NCBI GenBank assembly: GCA_002633005.1
Contig: NMRA01000022.1
Span: forward strand, 929,357 to 993,356
Direction of reading: 5' to 3'
Source: Phoronis australis
Lineage: Eukaryota; Animalia; Phoronida
Length of the DNA: 64,000 bases
In this document: in pieces, positions 49,944 through 63,847 of the stretch
Position numbering within the stretch: position 1 is the first letter of the stretch
Layout of the letters: every line of letters begins with the position of its first letter
Translations under genes and position numbers: made by a program
Notes under the pieces: generated by a model
Seen by the model: the letters and a program-made list of their open reading frames with translations, nothing else
Database searches by the model: none
Told to the model about the DNA's origin: nothing

Positions 49944-50723
49944 TCTCCTATATTTCAACGGAGTGTCACTAGAAGTATTTTGAGGGTGGTTGCCTGGTTG
50001 AAACATAACTTAGCTATAAAACCGAAAATTACTGCTTTTTACCGGCTGATCATAGTGCGGTTACTCAAAACGGAGTGCTGAAACCACGAAATCTTCGTTT
50101 TCTGCAGCTGTAGTCAATCTCCACTCTTAAAAGCTTTATTAAACATGCTTAATCTCCACACTTAAAAGCTTTATTATATATGCTTGCCAGTTCTGTGCCG
50201 ATGGTCTTTTAGACTAAATTAACGATTCTGCAGATCGAACTCGAGCACTGTTAACAGCAAATCTTACCGGGATTTTCCGTAGATAAGCCCATGGGCGTGT
50301 ATTCGCAAATTGAAAAATTTCAGACGTTTTAGTAACACCAAATAAACGCCCGGGCGTTTATTCAGAAAAGGGGGGCGTGTAAGCGAAAAGTTATAGGTTT
50401 CCTGATTTTTCCTTAAAAATGTGTTTTTAAATTTTATGTTAATAAATGCATAGTTCGCAAGCACTTTGTGCGTTTTTATAAATGATAAGTCCTCCACAAA
50501 ACTGAGTTTATGACTGGAAGTTGACGCTTAGTTAGAGGAAATTTTCTGAATAAACGCCCCACTAACTGGACATTTGGCACCCAGGGAAACTGAACCCCAT
50601 CTACAGTCTTAACAAAGGCAATTTTGATTGCCAGTCATTGGGAGTAACCGAGTAACGCAATAATTCGATCACAAGATCGTCCGTGGTCGGGGTTGCCAAG
50701 TGTGGCTGGAGTTCATGCTCCTG

Positions 50724-51112
50724 TGCCGGGTTGCATGAAAGTCCCAAATAGGGACTCAACTAGTTCTTTTGCCGGTTTGTGTCTTTCTTTACTCACAAAT
50801 GTAATCTTTTTCTATCAATTCATCTTGATGAGCTCCTCTGACTAATGAAATTATCTAATAACATAACTAAAAACTGAGCCCTGAATTCAGAATACAAGTT
50901 CGGGGCATTGCATGAAAAGATCCCTTTTTATTTTCGATAAGATTGAGAAATCAACGTCAATTCACTGTCGTTTGTAATAAAACCAAAAATTGACTTAATA
51001 ACGCAACTATAACAGCATAAGGACATTCGGTGTTTTCACATTAACACACATACGTAGGAGATACAGGGAATTTAGTAGAGTCCCTCTTGAGACTGTTTCA
51101 TGTAACCAGGCA
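50724..51112. mobile_element. MITE family C (PIF/Harbinger-like), 3-bp TSD ctg
   Basis: TIR tgccgggttgcatgaaa...tttcatgtaaccaggca, flanked by ctg on both sides. Related to 17352-19037 and 57033-57762. Confidence 0.75.
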
Positions 51113-52006
51113 CTGGTAAGTTTTTGCGCGTGGTAACGATATTAGCCGTGCGATAAAGGTTCAAGCCAACTGGGAGATGGTTTCCACTCCCTGGGCATGT
51201 GACGTCTTTTAGTTTACGTGCACCAAAACGTCTCGAATATTGAAACAAACGAATCATAATCGTTAAAACCAATCGTTGAAATTACAGTGTATTGTTACCG
51301 ATACAATTCGGTTCAGTTCATGTTCACCATAAAAGCGGGATAGAGTTTAGTAACAGTAGGACCTCGCTAAAAAGCAAGACTTACCGAGATAGTCGAGCAT
51401 TTAAATGAGAACGCAAATTTGGCTGGACTTTTCTAGTCTGCACGGCTGGTACTTAACACTCCCGAGGTGTGAATTTTTCACAAATGTAGTTCCAATATAA
51501 ACTGCACAGCTTGACCATAAATGGCTATAGCATAGTTTCTTGGAAATTGTGTTAAGCCCTCAGGGTGCCGAGTTGTGTTTCCTTTTACAACAAAATTTAC
51601 CCAACCACCAATAAAACTGCTGTGATAACTATAATGGACGACTGTTGTACTTCGAATGGAATTTCATTAAATGAAACATATTGGCAGGTGTAAAAAATAT
51701 ATTACAAATCTCTAAAGTATATATAATAACGGAACAGGTATAAATATAACATCTGGATCAGGATGAGACTGAAAACCAGGTAGGATTCATGATCTATGCG
51801 TCCTGACAAACATGGATAAGTCAATTAGAGTCCAAACGAACATGATTTAGAACAGCACATGATCTTGTCTTGAGGATGATACAGTTGCGAAGAACTTGGC
51901 ACGTCCAATCGAATATTCCATAAAATAACTTCAACAGAATATACGACACACTACCTTAGAGTAGGAGAAACTAGGAGTAGTTGACTATTGTCTCATAATT
52001 TATTCT

Positions 52007-52276
52007 CTATCCAGACTTGAATAAGAGAATTGCCACCTGTCCCATGTAAAAGTAGATAAAGTGCTTGGTTTCGTGGGTCACGTAGCTACCAAAGTTACGT
52101 CCAACAATGCAATGCCATGTGGGGTTGTACTTCTTGTCAAATTCCTTCTTCATATAAGCTGCAATGTCCTTCTCAATGTTGAATTTCTCCATTGCCTGCA
52201 CTGAACAGTCGACAGCATCCTGCTGCATTTCCTCCGACATGTCAGCATTTTTGATGACAGCCTTTCTCTCAGTCAT
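52007..52276 (-). CDS. DYNLL1: Dynein light chain LC8-type (DYNLL1/2, ctp homologue), 89 aa
   Basis: [21 protein letters not shown]...[47 protein letters not shown] is nearly identical to animal LC8. A 5'UTR acceptor lies just upstream (tttttgtttcag, ~52283) and a candidate donor gtaag at ~53474. Confidence 0.97.
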   Translation of the reverse strand: MTERKAVIKNADMSEEMQQDAVDCSVQAMEKFNIEKDIAAYMKKEFDKKYNPTWHCIVGRNFGSYVTHETKHFIYFYMGQVAILLFKSG

Positions 52277-53474
52277 TGTTTACTGAAACAAAAATTAATT
52301 TTATACAGCAATGTGAACAAAATGATTTTGAGACTTGTCTTTCAGAAATCCCTGAATTTGAGAACCAGTCTCATCCATTAAAGAGGCATTATTTAGCAGG
52401 AATCCGCGACCACCCCACTGTCACAATCTCAGCAATCATTTTTGAAAAAACGATGGAACGAGTGAATTGACACATGGACTCAAGGACATAAGCCAAGTTG
52501 GAGCTATGGGCCACGTTATTTCGTTTTTCCTTTTCAGTGTTCAAGGGCCCATTGGCCGCAGTTACGCAATCACAGTGCGGCAATGAAATTATTTTGCCTT
52601 CAGTGATGCAGTGTGTCCATGAAATTGGACAGTGACCATGCACTGCCTCTCGCTGGCCCCAAAAGAGGGTGAAGTTCCTATCTTTCCTGCGCCCGGCCAG
52701 GAGTACACCCCGTGTTAAAAATGCCCAGTTACCAAATTGGGAAACCGAACGAAGGACTGCTCGAAGGAAAAGTTTGATAATGGGAGTATTTGTTCTACTT
52801 GGAAGGAAGTAAAGACATGGACGGCCTCCTAAGATGTCCCTCTATGCACAAACGGTACTTATGACAACGTGACTGAAATTTTAATCAGTTTGAGGCGTAT
52901 GGAGCTCCTACAGGAGCTTCACTATCTCTACTGGGACCAGGTAGAGACGGTGGTCACTGCCAACCCTGAAGTCTGTGACAAATTGTCTACCACTACCGGC
53001 TTTAAACGCGACTACGCGAGTCACCACTCACCAACACCAAAGCCACAAATTTCAAGTTTCATACGACTCTCGAGAAGTTTAATATATTTTGTTAGAATAT
53101 GGAAATGTCGTGCACAACATCCGAACATAAAAAAATGATCAGCTACGATAAAAAATAATAGGCCTACATAATAAGGTGATGTGTCTAAAGCTCTTAGCAA
53201 CGGCATTGCCTCGGGCTCAGAACAAGTCAAATGTTCACGACAGGATACAGAGGCCATTGACGTTAATAAATAAGCTGTTACATTTGAGAAAAACTTAAAT
53301 TTCCTTGTTATTCAATATGCGCGTTGAGGGAAGTTGGCGGGAATTCATCTGGTGTAGAAAAGTTACATGACAAATGAAAATGACCGACGACTGAAGCATA
53401 ATTAGAGCGTAAAAACTCATTAATCACCACAATTCTTTCGTCATGCTATTTTAAAGAACAAGAAATAAACTTAC

Positions 53475-53640
53475 TGTTTTACCAGTCTGTTGTAAGAAAA
53501 TTTACAAATAACGACCGACAACCCCAATATACAGGTTCAGAATTGAACTTATGGTTGTTTGTTAGTAATCGCCTCATGAGCTCTGCTTTCATACGATTGG
53601 CTACTTGAATAAAAATTCTAACAGCTGATTGGTTAATACT
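53475..53640 (-). promoter_or_regulatory. Probable LC8 5' non-coding exon and CCAAT-box promoter
   Basis: Minus-strand donor cag|gtaagt-like site at ~53474 and two ATTGG/CCAAT boxes at ~53596 and ~53628. Confidence 0.45.
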
Positions 53641-55842
53641 TAAGCATTTCTCATAAGCTTGATAAACTGCCCTCTAAAGAAGAAACATTAAACAAGCAAG
53701 TTGCTTGTTGTCATGGAGCGACGTTGCCAGGTGTCAAGGACATTGATTAGGATATGGACCGCGGGGGGGGGGGGGNGGGGGGTTGCTCAACTTCAACATT
53801 TAGAATGGTGGATTAATTCGGTAAATGCACTACAAACGAATTCTTTGCCCATGCAACCAATTTGCTCTTGTTCGGATCGAGTTGAGTTTATTCTTGTGTG
53901 ATCATTTCCCAGGATTATTGAAATACCCCCAGCCGCGGACATAAATTGTTACGGAATCAATAAAACTATACGTTTTTGAGTACTGCCCTTTTTCCACGAA
54001 CGGATTACTTTTTTTCACGGAAGCTCTCCTCAGATGGAGTCTTTATCAAGTTGTGGCCCCCTCTTAGTCTTATAGGGGTGGCAGGCCAATCTTCAATAAA
54101 TTTCCAGTTTACATGACCAATCCCAATTCAAAAACAGTACAACACCAGGTGAAAATCTGAGTAATGTGACCCCCAGGACTTGGCTTGAGCTGTCCAGTCA
54201 CAAGAAATGTAAAGAAAACACAGCTAACCCATTTGTGAGGTGCTTGCAAACCATGTATTTCATGTTGTTGGTATTGGTATATGACAGATCTGATATTCGA
54301 CGATTGCTGAAAACAACACACAGAACAAATGTGGATAATGTTTTAGAGACAAACCGATTGTTTGCTATACAATGTGTGTTACACATTACTGTATATACAG
54401 GCATCAACCCTTTGGGCACAGTGAAATCGTTTTACCAGGCGCATTAACCATTAAACGCATGAATAATTTTATTACATTATAACAGAAAATTTTACTCCAA
54501 TATTAATTACTTATACTGGAAATTAATTGCTTTATCCCTGAATTAGGGACGTACTCGTGAAAAATATTAAAACTGAGAGTATTTTGTCAAACGCGACTTT
54601 CCTCTAGGAATTAATTATTCTGAAAATTGGGAGTTACTTATTTTCTCCGGGAATTCCCTGTTTCATCCTAGAATAAATAATNGACAACCCCAATATACAG
54701 GTTCAGAATTGAACTTATGGTTGTTTGTTAGTAATCGCCTCATGAGCTCTGCTTTCATACGATTGGCTACTTGAATAAAAATTCTAACAGCTGATTGGTT
54801 AATACTTAAGCATTTCTCATAAGCTTGATAAACTGCCCTCTAAAGAAGAAACATTAAACAAGTAAGTTGCTTGTTGTCATGGAGCGACGTTGCCAGGTGT
54901 CAAGGACATTGATTAGGATATGGACCGCGGGGGGGGGGGGGTTGCTCAACTTCAACATTTAGAATGGTGGATTAATTCGGTAAATGCACTACAAACGAAT
55001 TCTTTGCCCATGCAACCAAATTGCTCTTGTTCAGATCAAGTTGAGTTTACTCTTGTGTGATCATTCCCCAGGATTATTGAAATACCCCCAGCCGCGGACA
55101 TAAATTGTTACGGAATCAATAAAAGTATACGTTTTTGAGTACTGCTCTTTTTCCACGAACGGATTACTTTTTTTCACGGAAGCTCTCCTCAGATGGAGTC
55201 TTTATCAAGTTGTGGCCCCTTCTTAGTCTTATAGGGGTGGCAGGCCAATCTTCAATAAATTTCCAGTTTACATGACCAATACCAATTCAAAAACAGTACA
55301 ACACCAGGTGAAAATCTGAGTAATGTGACCCCCAGGACTTGGCTTGAGCTGTTCAGTCACAAGAAATGTAAAGAAAACACAGCTAACCCATTTGTGAGGT
55401 GCTTGCAAACCATGTATTTCATGTTGTTAGTATTGGTATATGGGACAGATCTGATATTCGACGATTGCTGAAAACAACACACAGAACAAATGTGGATAAT
55501 GTTTTAGAGACAAACCGATTGTTTGCTATACAATGTGTGTTACACATTACTGTATATACAGGCATCAACCCTTTGGGCACAGTGAAATCGTTTTACCAGG
55601 CGCATTAACCATTAAACGCATGAATAATTTTATTACATTATAACAGAAAATTTTACTCCAATATTAATTACTTATACTGGAAATTAATTGCTTTATCCCT
55701 GAATTAGGGACGTACTCGTGAAAAATATTAAAACTGAGAGTATTTTGTCAAACGCGACTTTCCTCTAGGAATTAATTATTCTGAAAATTCGGAGTAACTT
55801 ATTTTCTCCGGGAATTCCCTGTTTCATCCTAGAATAAATAAT
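53517..55842. other. ~1.16-kb tandem duplication joined by a single N (54682), probably two haplotypes assembled side by side
   Basis: 53517-54681 and 54683-55842 differ only by scattered SNPs and small indels, and the junction is an N. Confidence 0.85.
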
Positions 55843-57032
55843 AAAACGGTTTAGACGGAGCTCTACAGAACATTTAATTATTACGTAAGCCATTAGTACA
55901 AGGTGTACGGTTTTCTCCTGTAAGGCATCAACGGCCCTGGAGTGACTTGAGAGTCGGTCAGTCTGAGGTTTGCGTGATTCATCCAAATCTTTACGAACAT
56001 GATTAAGGCAAGTCCATCATCTTATACAGGGTGTTTCAAAATCACGTTTTTACTTTCAATATATAAAAACACAAATTGTGCGACACGACTGCTTTGGAGT
56101 TCTAGGACACTGTAACGTGAAGGGTATCGCAAACCCCGTTGAACATTTTGTCGGAGTTTCAACTTCTCGGAAAAGTTAGCAGGATAATATGGTACGTAAT
56201 GTGCTATTAAGCCTTTCACTTGAAAACGAAAAGAGTAAAGCCGCCAAAGTAAAATTTCATCATTCCAAAGTTAGCTTGACGTCACTGATGGAAATGCCGC
56301 CATAGCAAGTGTGTTCATGTGCCGCAGGCCAAAATAAAACTATAGCTCGAGGCGCCCACTTGTTCACCAAGCGTTTGGCATCAACCGTTTTTTCGAGTTT
56401 TTCTTATTTAGAACGTGGCCTATACATTTGAGACAGTTTCAACAATAAGCGTCATGTTTTGGAAAGGTACATATACCTCTGGGGCCTGATTACATTCTCC
56501 ATAATCAATATGTTTTAATGAATGACTTTAAGGACTCGTGGATTTGGTGATATCATTTGTGCCCGGATAAAAAACCCAAGAAATTGGTTTAATTTAAATT
56601 CCATCCGTCTTATTCGTCAAAATTTGTTTCACTGAGCATCTTTCATACCAACTGACAGCACTGTGTCGCCAAGTTTTGGATATAAATTATTGTAAGCTTT
56701 CTGATTTAACGTAAACGCACAACTTAGGTTCCTGGACTACTTGGTCATCACCGGATGGCAGTTAAAAATTTCCCCATAAGCACTGAGGCCTATATGTAGG
56801 CCTACTGAATCGTCGTTATCAAGATCTATAGGAAGTTACAAAAAGAAAAAAAAACTTAGCTTTAATATAACATATTTACATGATCACAGTAGCTAAGTGC
56901 GATTGATTATCATTGATTTGGATCGAGGGAATAAGAGGAATTAAGGCGGAGTCAAATTCGTAACAATATTATGAATACCCCATGAAGTGCTATAAAGGGC
57001 CTGGGTTCCAGCATACTAACGCACAAGTTCTG

Positions 57033-57762
57033 GTGCCGGGTCGCATAAAACAGTTCACAATTCAGTGATTTTAGAGACAAAAAACACTTTAAAAATAGCT
57101 GAACATGCCATGTATGGAATATGTCACTCGAAAGTTAAGTTTCTGCAAATGCCTTCGTTGAAATCTAAGCGAGTGGCAATGGTGACGTCATCATCTGTAT
57201 CAGTGGTTCAATACGTCGACGCGTTTTATCTCAGGGATGACGCTAGGCAGATGCCGACGGTTATTGATGTCGTTAATCACAAAGTTAGCTCCTTGCAATA
57301 GCTAACATTTCGAATAAAGTAATTTCATTTACCGTGGTAGATCTCAAATCCCATACGGTATCATCATACCCACCGTTTACCTTAACCAATGGGGTTAGGA
57401 CCATTCTTATTTAGTGGGAATGTTCATAGCATGATATCCCATTTCTCATATCCGGTAAAGCAGTACAACCCGTAATGGCGATGCCTTTCCAGTTGTATGT
57501 CGTGAAATCGACTTAGTTGTCTGTGTTTTACTTGTGATATTTTCTTGTTGGTATATACTTCGGGATGTTTTATGAAAAGTTCCCTATTTATTTTTAACAA
57601 CTGAATACCAAGAGTCCAACGGAGACAAGTCTCATTTTGTATCAACTATAGAACAGAAAAGAACTATATAATCAGTGTTTTCACAAAGTCGACAAATGCG
57701 CTGAAAAATCAGGGAACATGGTTGACTCCCTACTGAGACTGTTTCATACATGCAACCGGGCA
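57033..57762. mobile_element. MITE family C copy
   Basis: Ends gtgccgggtcgcataaaa ... tttcatacatgcaaccgggca. The subterminal gtgttttcaca and tgagactgtttca are shared with 50724-51112. Confidence 0.6.
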
Positions 57763-58077
57763 CTGTTGCATTTGGAAGCTTTCTGTGTGTAGTAACACGC
57801 CTAGTAGGTAGTTTTTCACATTTTGACGCAAAACATTACGATATCAATTAATTCCACACTACAAATCAGTACGTAGGATAAGGTCATGACTGTCAATACC
57901 CGTGCTTCAGCCATATCTTTTGTGTTGTCCCCGTCATCTTATATTCAGCGTACCTTGCCAAGTTCATCGTACAGGTAAATATCGTGCCAGCCGACAGTAC
58001 ACAACCGTGACCTTTGTTGGTCATAAACTGAACGAGACAGAGATCCGATCATCCTGATCGAGAAGAAGGGCGGCACA

Positions 58078-60912
58078 ATGTTGAGTGTCTTGTTTAGAGT
58101 TGACATTTCAATCGTTGTCTTCATCATTATAGGATGCTTGGTTTCCAAAGGTAGGCTTTGTACAACTCACTTTTTCAAAAAGATGTATATAATGTTCATT
58201 ACATCACTTCGTACGCTCAAGGATTCGACGGGAACAACTCGTATAGGCTTAGTTGAGACTGTAAAACTGCATGGCGATAAAGACAGTTCATGCACCGCAC
58301 AGTTTCTGTTAGTTATATAAACATAGTTTGTACGGAAGTCAATTGCCTGCAGTAACATGCCACAACTAGGCCTATATACATTTTAACAAGATCAATCGGA
58401 CACCGACTTCCAGAGTCAACTACTGACGTGCGTGAATAGGATATATAATGACAAGGCCCCGCATAATGCGCCTGCCTGCGGTTTACTCGGCTGTACAGTC
58501 AGAGGGCCTGTATCAGGGAGTGCAACCAAATTTTACAACGGGCGCATACGCTTACCACACACCGCAAAAACTTGTAATACCACGCACAAAATCCCGCTCA
58601 CCACGGAAATGATGAACTCGACCAATCACAATCCTGCGTATAGGTGTACAAATTTTTATTACAATTATGGTGTACTCCACAGTGCGTGTTAGTGTTTCCA
58701 GTAAAGGCCCTTTCATGACTTAATTCCTGTCTGAGCGGAGCGTCGTCCTATAGGCCCTACTGCGGAGTTAACCGGACCGTTCTTACTGACTTCGATCAGT
58801 AAACGGTACTGAAGTAACACATCGTAGTTGTATCACAAGGTAGAACCGCACGCTAAGAATTTGGGAACATTAACATATATTAAGTGACAAAAAACTTATT
58901 TTGAAATCGATTGGTGATTATTAGAGCAAAATATAAGCAAATATTAGCGACGGCACTACCTTGTAATTGTTGACGATAGCAATGGCACCTGGCGATAACT
59001 TCGATAGGACCGAAGTTGACCGTTAATACTGTACTATAGTGCGAAGTTAACTGGCGATGTTAATTTCGATCCAGGATCGAAGTTAAGCGTTCATACTGAC
59101 CGCAACTCCCCCAAAACATCGACGCGTCGACGTTAATTCACATTCAATTTTGATTGTATAAATTTTGACTATTACAGAAACATAACATAAGAAATTATTG
59201 TTTTTGTGTCATAAACGCGACACATATATTCATCAAACCACCAATTCTCGTTCCAGGCGAGTGCCACGATAACACTCTGTCATGCTACGTCTGTGATGAC
59301 ACGGCCTGCGGGGACAGGTACATGCGACTGGAAGTTCACAAACAAAAGTGCAATGACGGACTCAACGTCTGTTTGAAATACAATTGTAAGTTAATGTTGA
59401 AATTTTAGTTCGTCAAAGTAATTCGAAATCTTACTTTGCAATATTTAGAGACATTTTTTAAAAATTCTATGAAAAGAATTCCTACTTAGTCCCGGCAAAT
59501 CGATTCAGTCAAAACGGAAGATGGCGACCTCTGAGATATCTAAAAAGAGCAGTATTACGTTTAGTTCTTTAATTCCTAGTAGTGCACCAACATGGCGTGC
59601 AGTGTGAACGTTACCATAGGAATATAGAACAAAGTGAATGGAAAATATAGGCTGCATAGTAGGATGCTTATAACGAAGGGCGCAGTTGTGAGATCTTGTG
59701 ATAGAGGAGTTTTATTGTAATCGCATGTGTTCTCAACTCGAAAGAACAATATTCCTGAGCGTGATGTTACGGATGTCGCTTATGGTAATTTGAACTACTA
59801 CTTCGTACATGTAGTGAACCCGTTTCGTTCAGTATTTCACGGCCTTTTAAGGACATGAATTCAGTCGTTAACAATGGGGTGAACAGGCCAAAACATAACA
59901 AAACTGGTTCTAGTATGTTTTTAGAAAATTCAGGTGCCATGATGGGATATTTTTAGTAGTTCATATTTCAAAAGTAAAATTACGTGAGGCAAGCTGAAAT
60001 GGATTGGGAACTCGAGATCCTTCTTTTTTTACCCAGCGCCACCTGATGTCAGCCAACAATACCATTTGGAACTGGACTATTGTTCTTTCTTTGTTGTTAT
60101 CCCCAGCATCCCCTGGTGCCACTTGGAATGGGCCGGGATCCTTCTTTTTACCCAACACCAATTGCGATTCCAACCAGTAATACTATAGCAACTTTAACTG
60201 TTACATTGTTCTTGTCAACTTAAAGGTGCAGGTATGAGTCTGGCGCATATCACTGAGCGAGAAGCACTGCTATTTTTTGCCTGCAGTTCTTACTATCATG
60301 GTTGAAGTGACGTTTTGTAACTATACAATTAGATAATCTTAAGTGGCGTTGCAATACAAATCCGTAACTTTACTGGATTCCCAATTTCAACTGTTAAACT
60401 AGTCGTTTCTTTTTCTGATGAATTGGCGTTATTTTTAGTTAATTCACCGCGTTTGGGTGTTTTATGAAAAATATAAGAGCCTGTGGAAAGAGGTCGTAAT
60501 TTGAAATAAATCTCTTAGCATTTCTGGTCGGCCATGCGGTATGATAAAAATGTAAACTTAACGTAAAACCATGAAAATCCATCGAAAGCACTATGTTCGG
60601 CCCACAAAAATTGAAAGTGAAGTTTGACCAGCAACTGAAGTAAAAAGATTTCTACCAAGTTTGAAAACTGTATCAATTTCTTCTTTTTCAGTCACAATTG
60701 TTGATCCAGGAAAAACGCCGAATACTAAAAACGTAATCGAGAGATTATGCGGAACAAAACAACCGAATTGGCAAGATGGCGGCTGTTTTCCGCATGGCGA
60801 CAAGACAGTATGCGTTTGCGAGGGCAGTTTTTGTAACAATGCTTTGAAATTAGAAACATCATTCATAATTGCGGTTATTGTCGCTATGCATTGGTGTTGC
60901 AAGTATCAGTAA
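58078..60912 (+). CDS. GPI-anchored Ly6/uPAR (three-finger) protein, quiver/sleepless-like, 140 aa, 3 exons
   Basis: Exons 58078-58150, 59257-59385 and 60692-60912 have GT-AG boundaries and phase-1 introns. A signal peptide (MLSVLFRVDISIVVFIIIGCLVSKG) precedes LSCYVC...C...KC...VCLK...RLC...GC...VCVC...FCN (10 Cys, ending in CN) and a hydrophobic tail (SFIIAVIVAM). Confidence 0.88.
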
Positions 60913-61128
60913 TGGTGAAAAGAATAGTTTAATGTGATGTAATGTCCGTATTGACTCCTAAAAACGGTACTTGGAATCAAATACAATTCAACAGTGCGGA
61001 GCCTTAATATACCACAATGTGGACTGATTCCGAGGGCAATGTCAGATTGCAAAGACTTTGAAAGAGAGGGAGACAGGAGGAAGGGAGATGAAGATGTAGA
61101 AGGCGGAGGGCAAGAGGGATGGGGGGAG

Positions 61129-61131
<3 letters not shown>

Positions 61132-61172
<41 letters not shown>

Positions 61173-61190
61173 NAGGGAGGGAGGGAGGGG
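61132..61190. repeat. (GA)n / purine-rich microsatellite
   Basis: Visible directly in the sequence. Confidence 0.9.
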
Positions 61191-63847
61191 GTAGGGAAAG
61201 AGATAATAAGTTTATTAACTTACGTAAAAATTAATAAAATACAATAAAAAACAATTGGGTACATATGTAAGCCGGAGAACCTAAAAACAACAGCCGCTTC
61301 ATTGAGGAGGGTCGTAGCGTACATGCATCTACAGTTTAAAGCAACAGCAAAGTTAAGAAGTTTTAACTTCAATCTTACATTTTTATAATTAAAATTATTG
61401 GATATTAGTCAGACATGGGGTAAACGTTTAGAGACTGACATACGATATGGATAAAAGAAACTCTTGAATAAATATATCTGAAGGCTTAGGGTCCCACTGA
61501 AACGTCTGCTCAATGTCATCAACATTTGTTGAGAGATGTATAATTTTCAACATGTAAGAAGTTCAATGTTTTTCCCAATACAAGTCAACGTCTACTTATA
61601 TATGAGGCAACTCATACGCTAACATTTGGAGTTCAATTACTCCACCACCAAAACGAGCTCAAGCCAGACTGTGACTAACCGGTCCTAATCGATTCACAAA
61701 TTAATCAAAGGCAGTGCACCATAGGGGGCTGGAGGTTGGATAATACCCCCCCACTAATTTCTGTGCTGCGCCCCCCATGTTAATGTGTTTGGCTTTAGCC
61801 TCGCTTCGAAAGAAAACCTAGTCGCTAATGTCTCGTCAGCCTCGTCCTGTGCCTCAAGATGGCGCTGATCAGTTCACCCATTTGAGACTTGGTTAAGCTC
61901 CACCCTCTTGCGAAAAGTCGCGTGACACCCGACAAACAAACAGGTTTACCCGACAACGTGTTGTTAGCAGGGTAAAATGGCGGCTTGGACACAAACGTGT
62001 GTAAAGAATGCTGCGTTTTGATAGGTCAATTAAGCCAGTCACTCAAGATCCTGCCATCGATAGCGATAGGTAAATTACATTCTGCGCAGTGATTGGCCGC
62101 CGCCTTGACGTTGTTAAAACAAAGGCAGATTTTGATTATTTTCACAGGCGTTGTGGCTGCTATTCATGAGGCAGAAAGCTTGTTTTGGTTATTGTTGAAA
62201 CAAAGATTGTGCGCGACTTATTTGCAATTCTTTTTTATTAAAACTTTCATAGAAATTGAACCGTTTTCGAATCAAAATACATCATTTTTTACAATAATTT
62301 AGACCTGAAATGCTGCAATATATCGTTAGTTTTCATTTTTATATTATACTGCAGAAAATTTCAAAGTTATATTACTCGTGATGTTCCGGCAATTTCCGTA
62401 AAAATGTGCCGAAATTCTGACACATTTGATTTCCCATAACCAAGCCTCACATGATGGCTAAACCGATCAGCGCCATCTTGAAGCTTGGGAACGAGGCTGA
62501 TGTCTCGTATAACTCCATTTTCAAAATTCAAAGACACCTAACATTTACTTTTGTTGAAAACAGCTGGTCGTTTGCCTTACATATCGTTCATTTTTTTACT
62601 TTGAAACTAGTACGCTAAGCAGGTGCGTTGATTACGACCACAATTATCTCTTCCAATACACATTCTGCCATGTCCATGAGCTCACTTCAATCTGTGACGG
62701 CGCCATCTACAGGTTCACCATTTACACCCGCTTGTACTGATATGAAGCTGCACTCACATTAGAATTTACGAGCCCATTAGCAAATCTTCTGAGTAAATCA
62801 AGCAGTAAGCGAATTTCTAAATAATTTGTAAGTGAAAGTCATCTTATCTTTTACAAACGGTTCACGTCAACGTATTTTGATTTGCACGTGGATTTAAAAT
62901 CCATATACGCCATCTTTGAAAAAAAGATTTCTGGCTCATGTTTTGAGGTGTAACCTTGTATGATTTTTTGTTCATTTTAAAAATGAGAGTTAGTGTTCAT
63001 AATTTTACATGGTAACTGGTCCATGAATTGCAGAATAGAGTTTATTGGTTGCTTCAACGAGATGGGCCTGCCGCTATCTTGCTTAATTGCAGGTTGAGTT
63101 TTCGTCTTCGGCATCAGTTGACCTACTTCGTGCTGTGTGGTACTTAAAATCATTGAAAAGTACTCAGGATAGATAGAAGACAGGAAAAGAAAAAGTTTAA
63201 GACACGCATATCATCTACGGGGTTATTGACACGCACTTGCAAGTGCAATTTTTACACACAAAATTCATTTGACTCATAAACGTATTAAAGAGTTCCCACC
63301 ATACATTTTTTTAGTTTTTGAGGTTTCAGTTAGCTAATGTGAAATGCATACCATAAAATCTAACACAATAAGCACTTTTTTGTGCCAAATAGTCGTGATT
63401 TTCCAATTTTGAAGAAAAACTAGTTATTTCCAGTTTTCTAGCCAAATTATCATCGGTAATGGATGGAAAACGTTTGGTCACTTGAAAATCAATTGCAATG
63501 GCGGAACACAGCAGGTCAGAAGACGAGGGCGATTTTGAGCGAGAAATGGAAAATCATTATGCAGACAGAGACAAAGATACTATAACCGTATAAAACCTTT
63601 GACAGAGAGGAGGGAGGGTATGGGCATCACACTCAAGTACTTGAAGTATCAGACAATGAATTCGGTTTCCCACTTAGCGAACTTTCGTCGACTTGAGGCC
63701 GCATATGAACTCGACTCACTTGCACGAGAAATGCTGCAGACCTAATGTGAGCCACAGCCAAGTGAACCAAGCAGTGGTCAAGATATTAACAAAATAGACA
63801 CTTATAATAATCACTGACAAAGGTCACAGTAAACCTGGGTCACTCAT

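Noticed and set aside
52007-52276. LC8 as a processed retrocopy because the CDS has no intron
   Set aside because: It has a 5'UTR intron acceptor, a candidate upstream exon and promoter, and an intact conserved ORF.
56024-56600. Tc1/mariner MITE starting TACAGGGTGTTTCAAA
   Set aside because: I could not find a matching right-hand TIR, so the element cannot be delimited.
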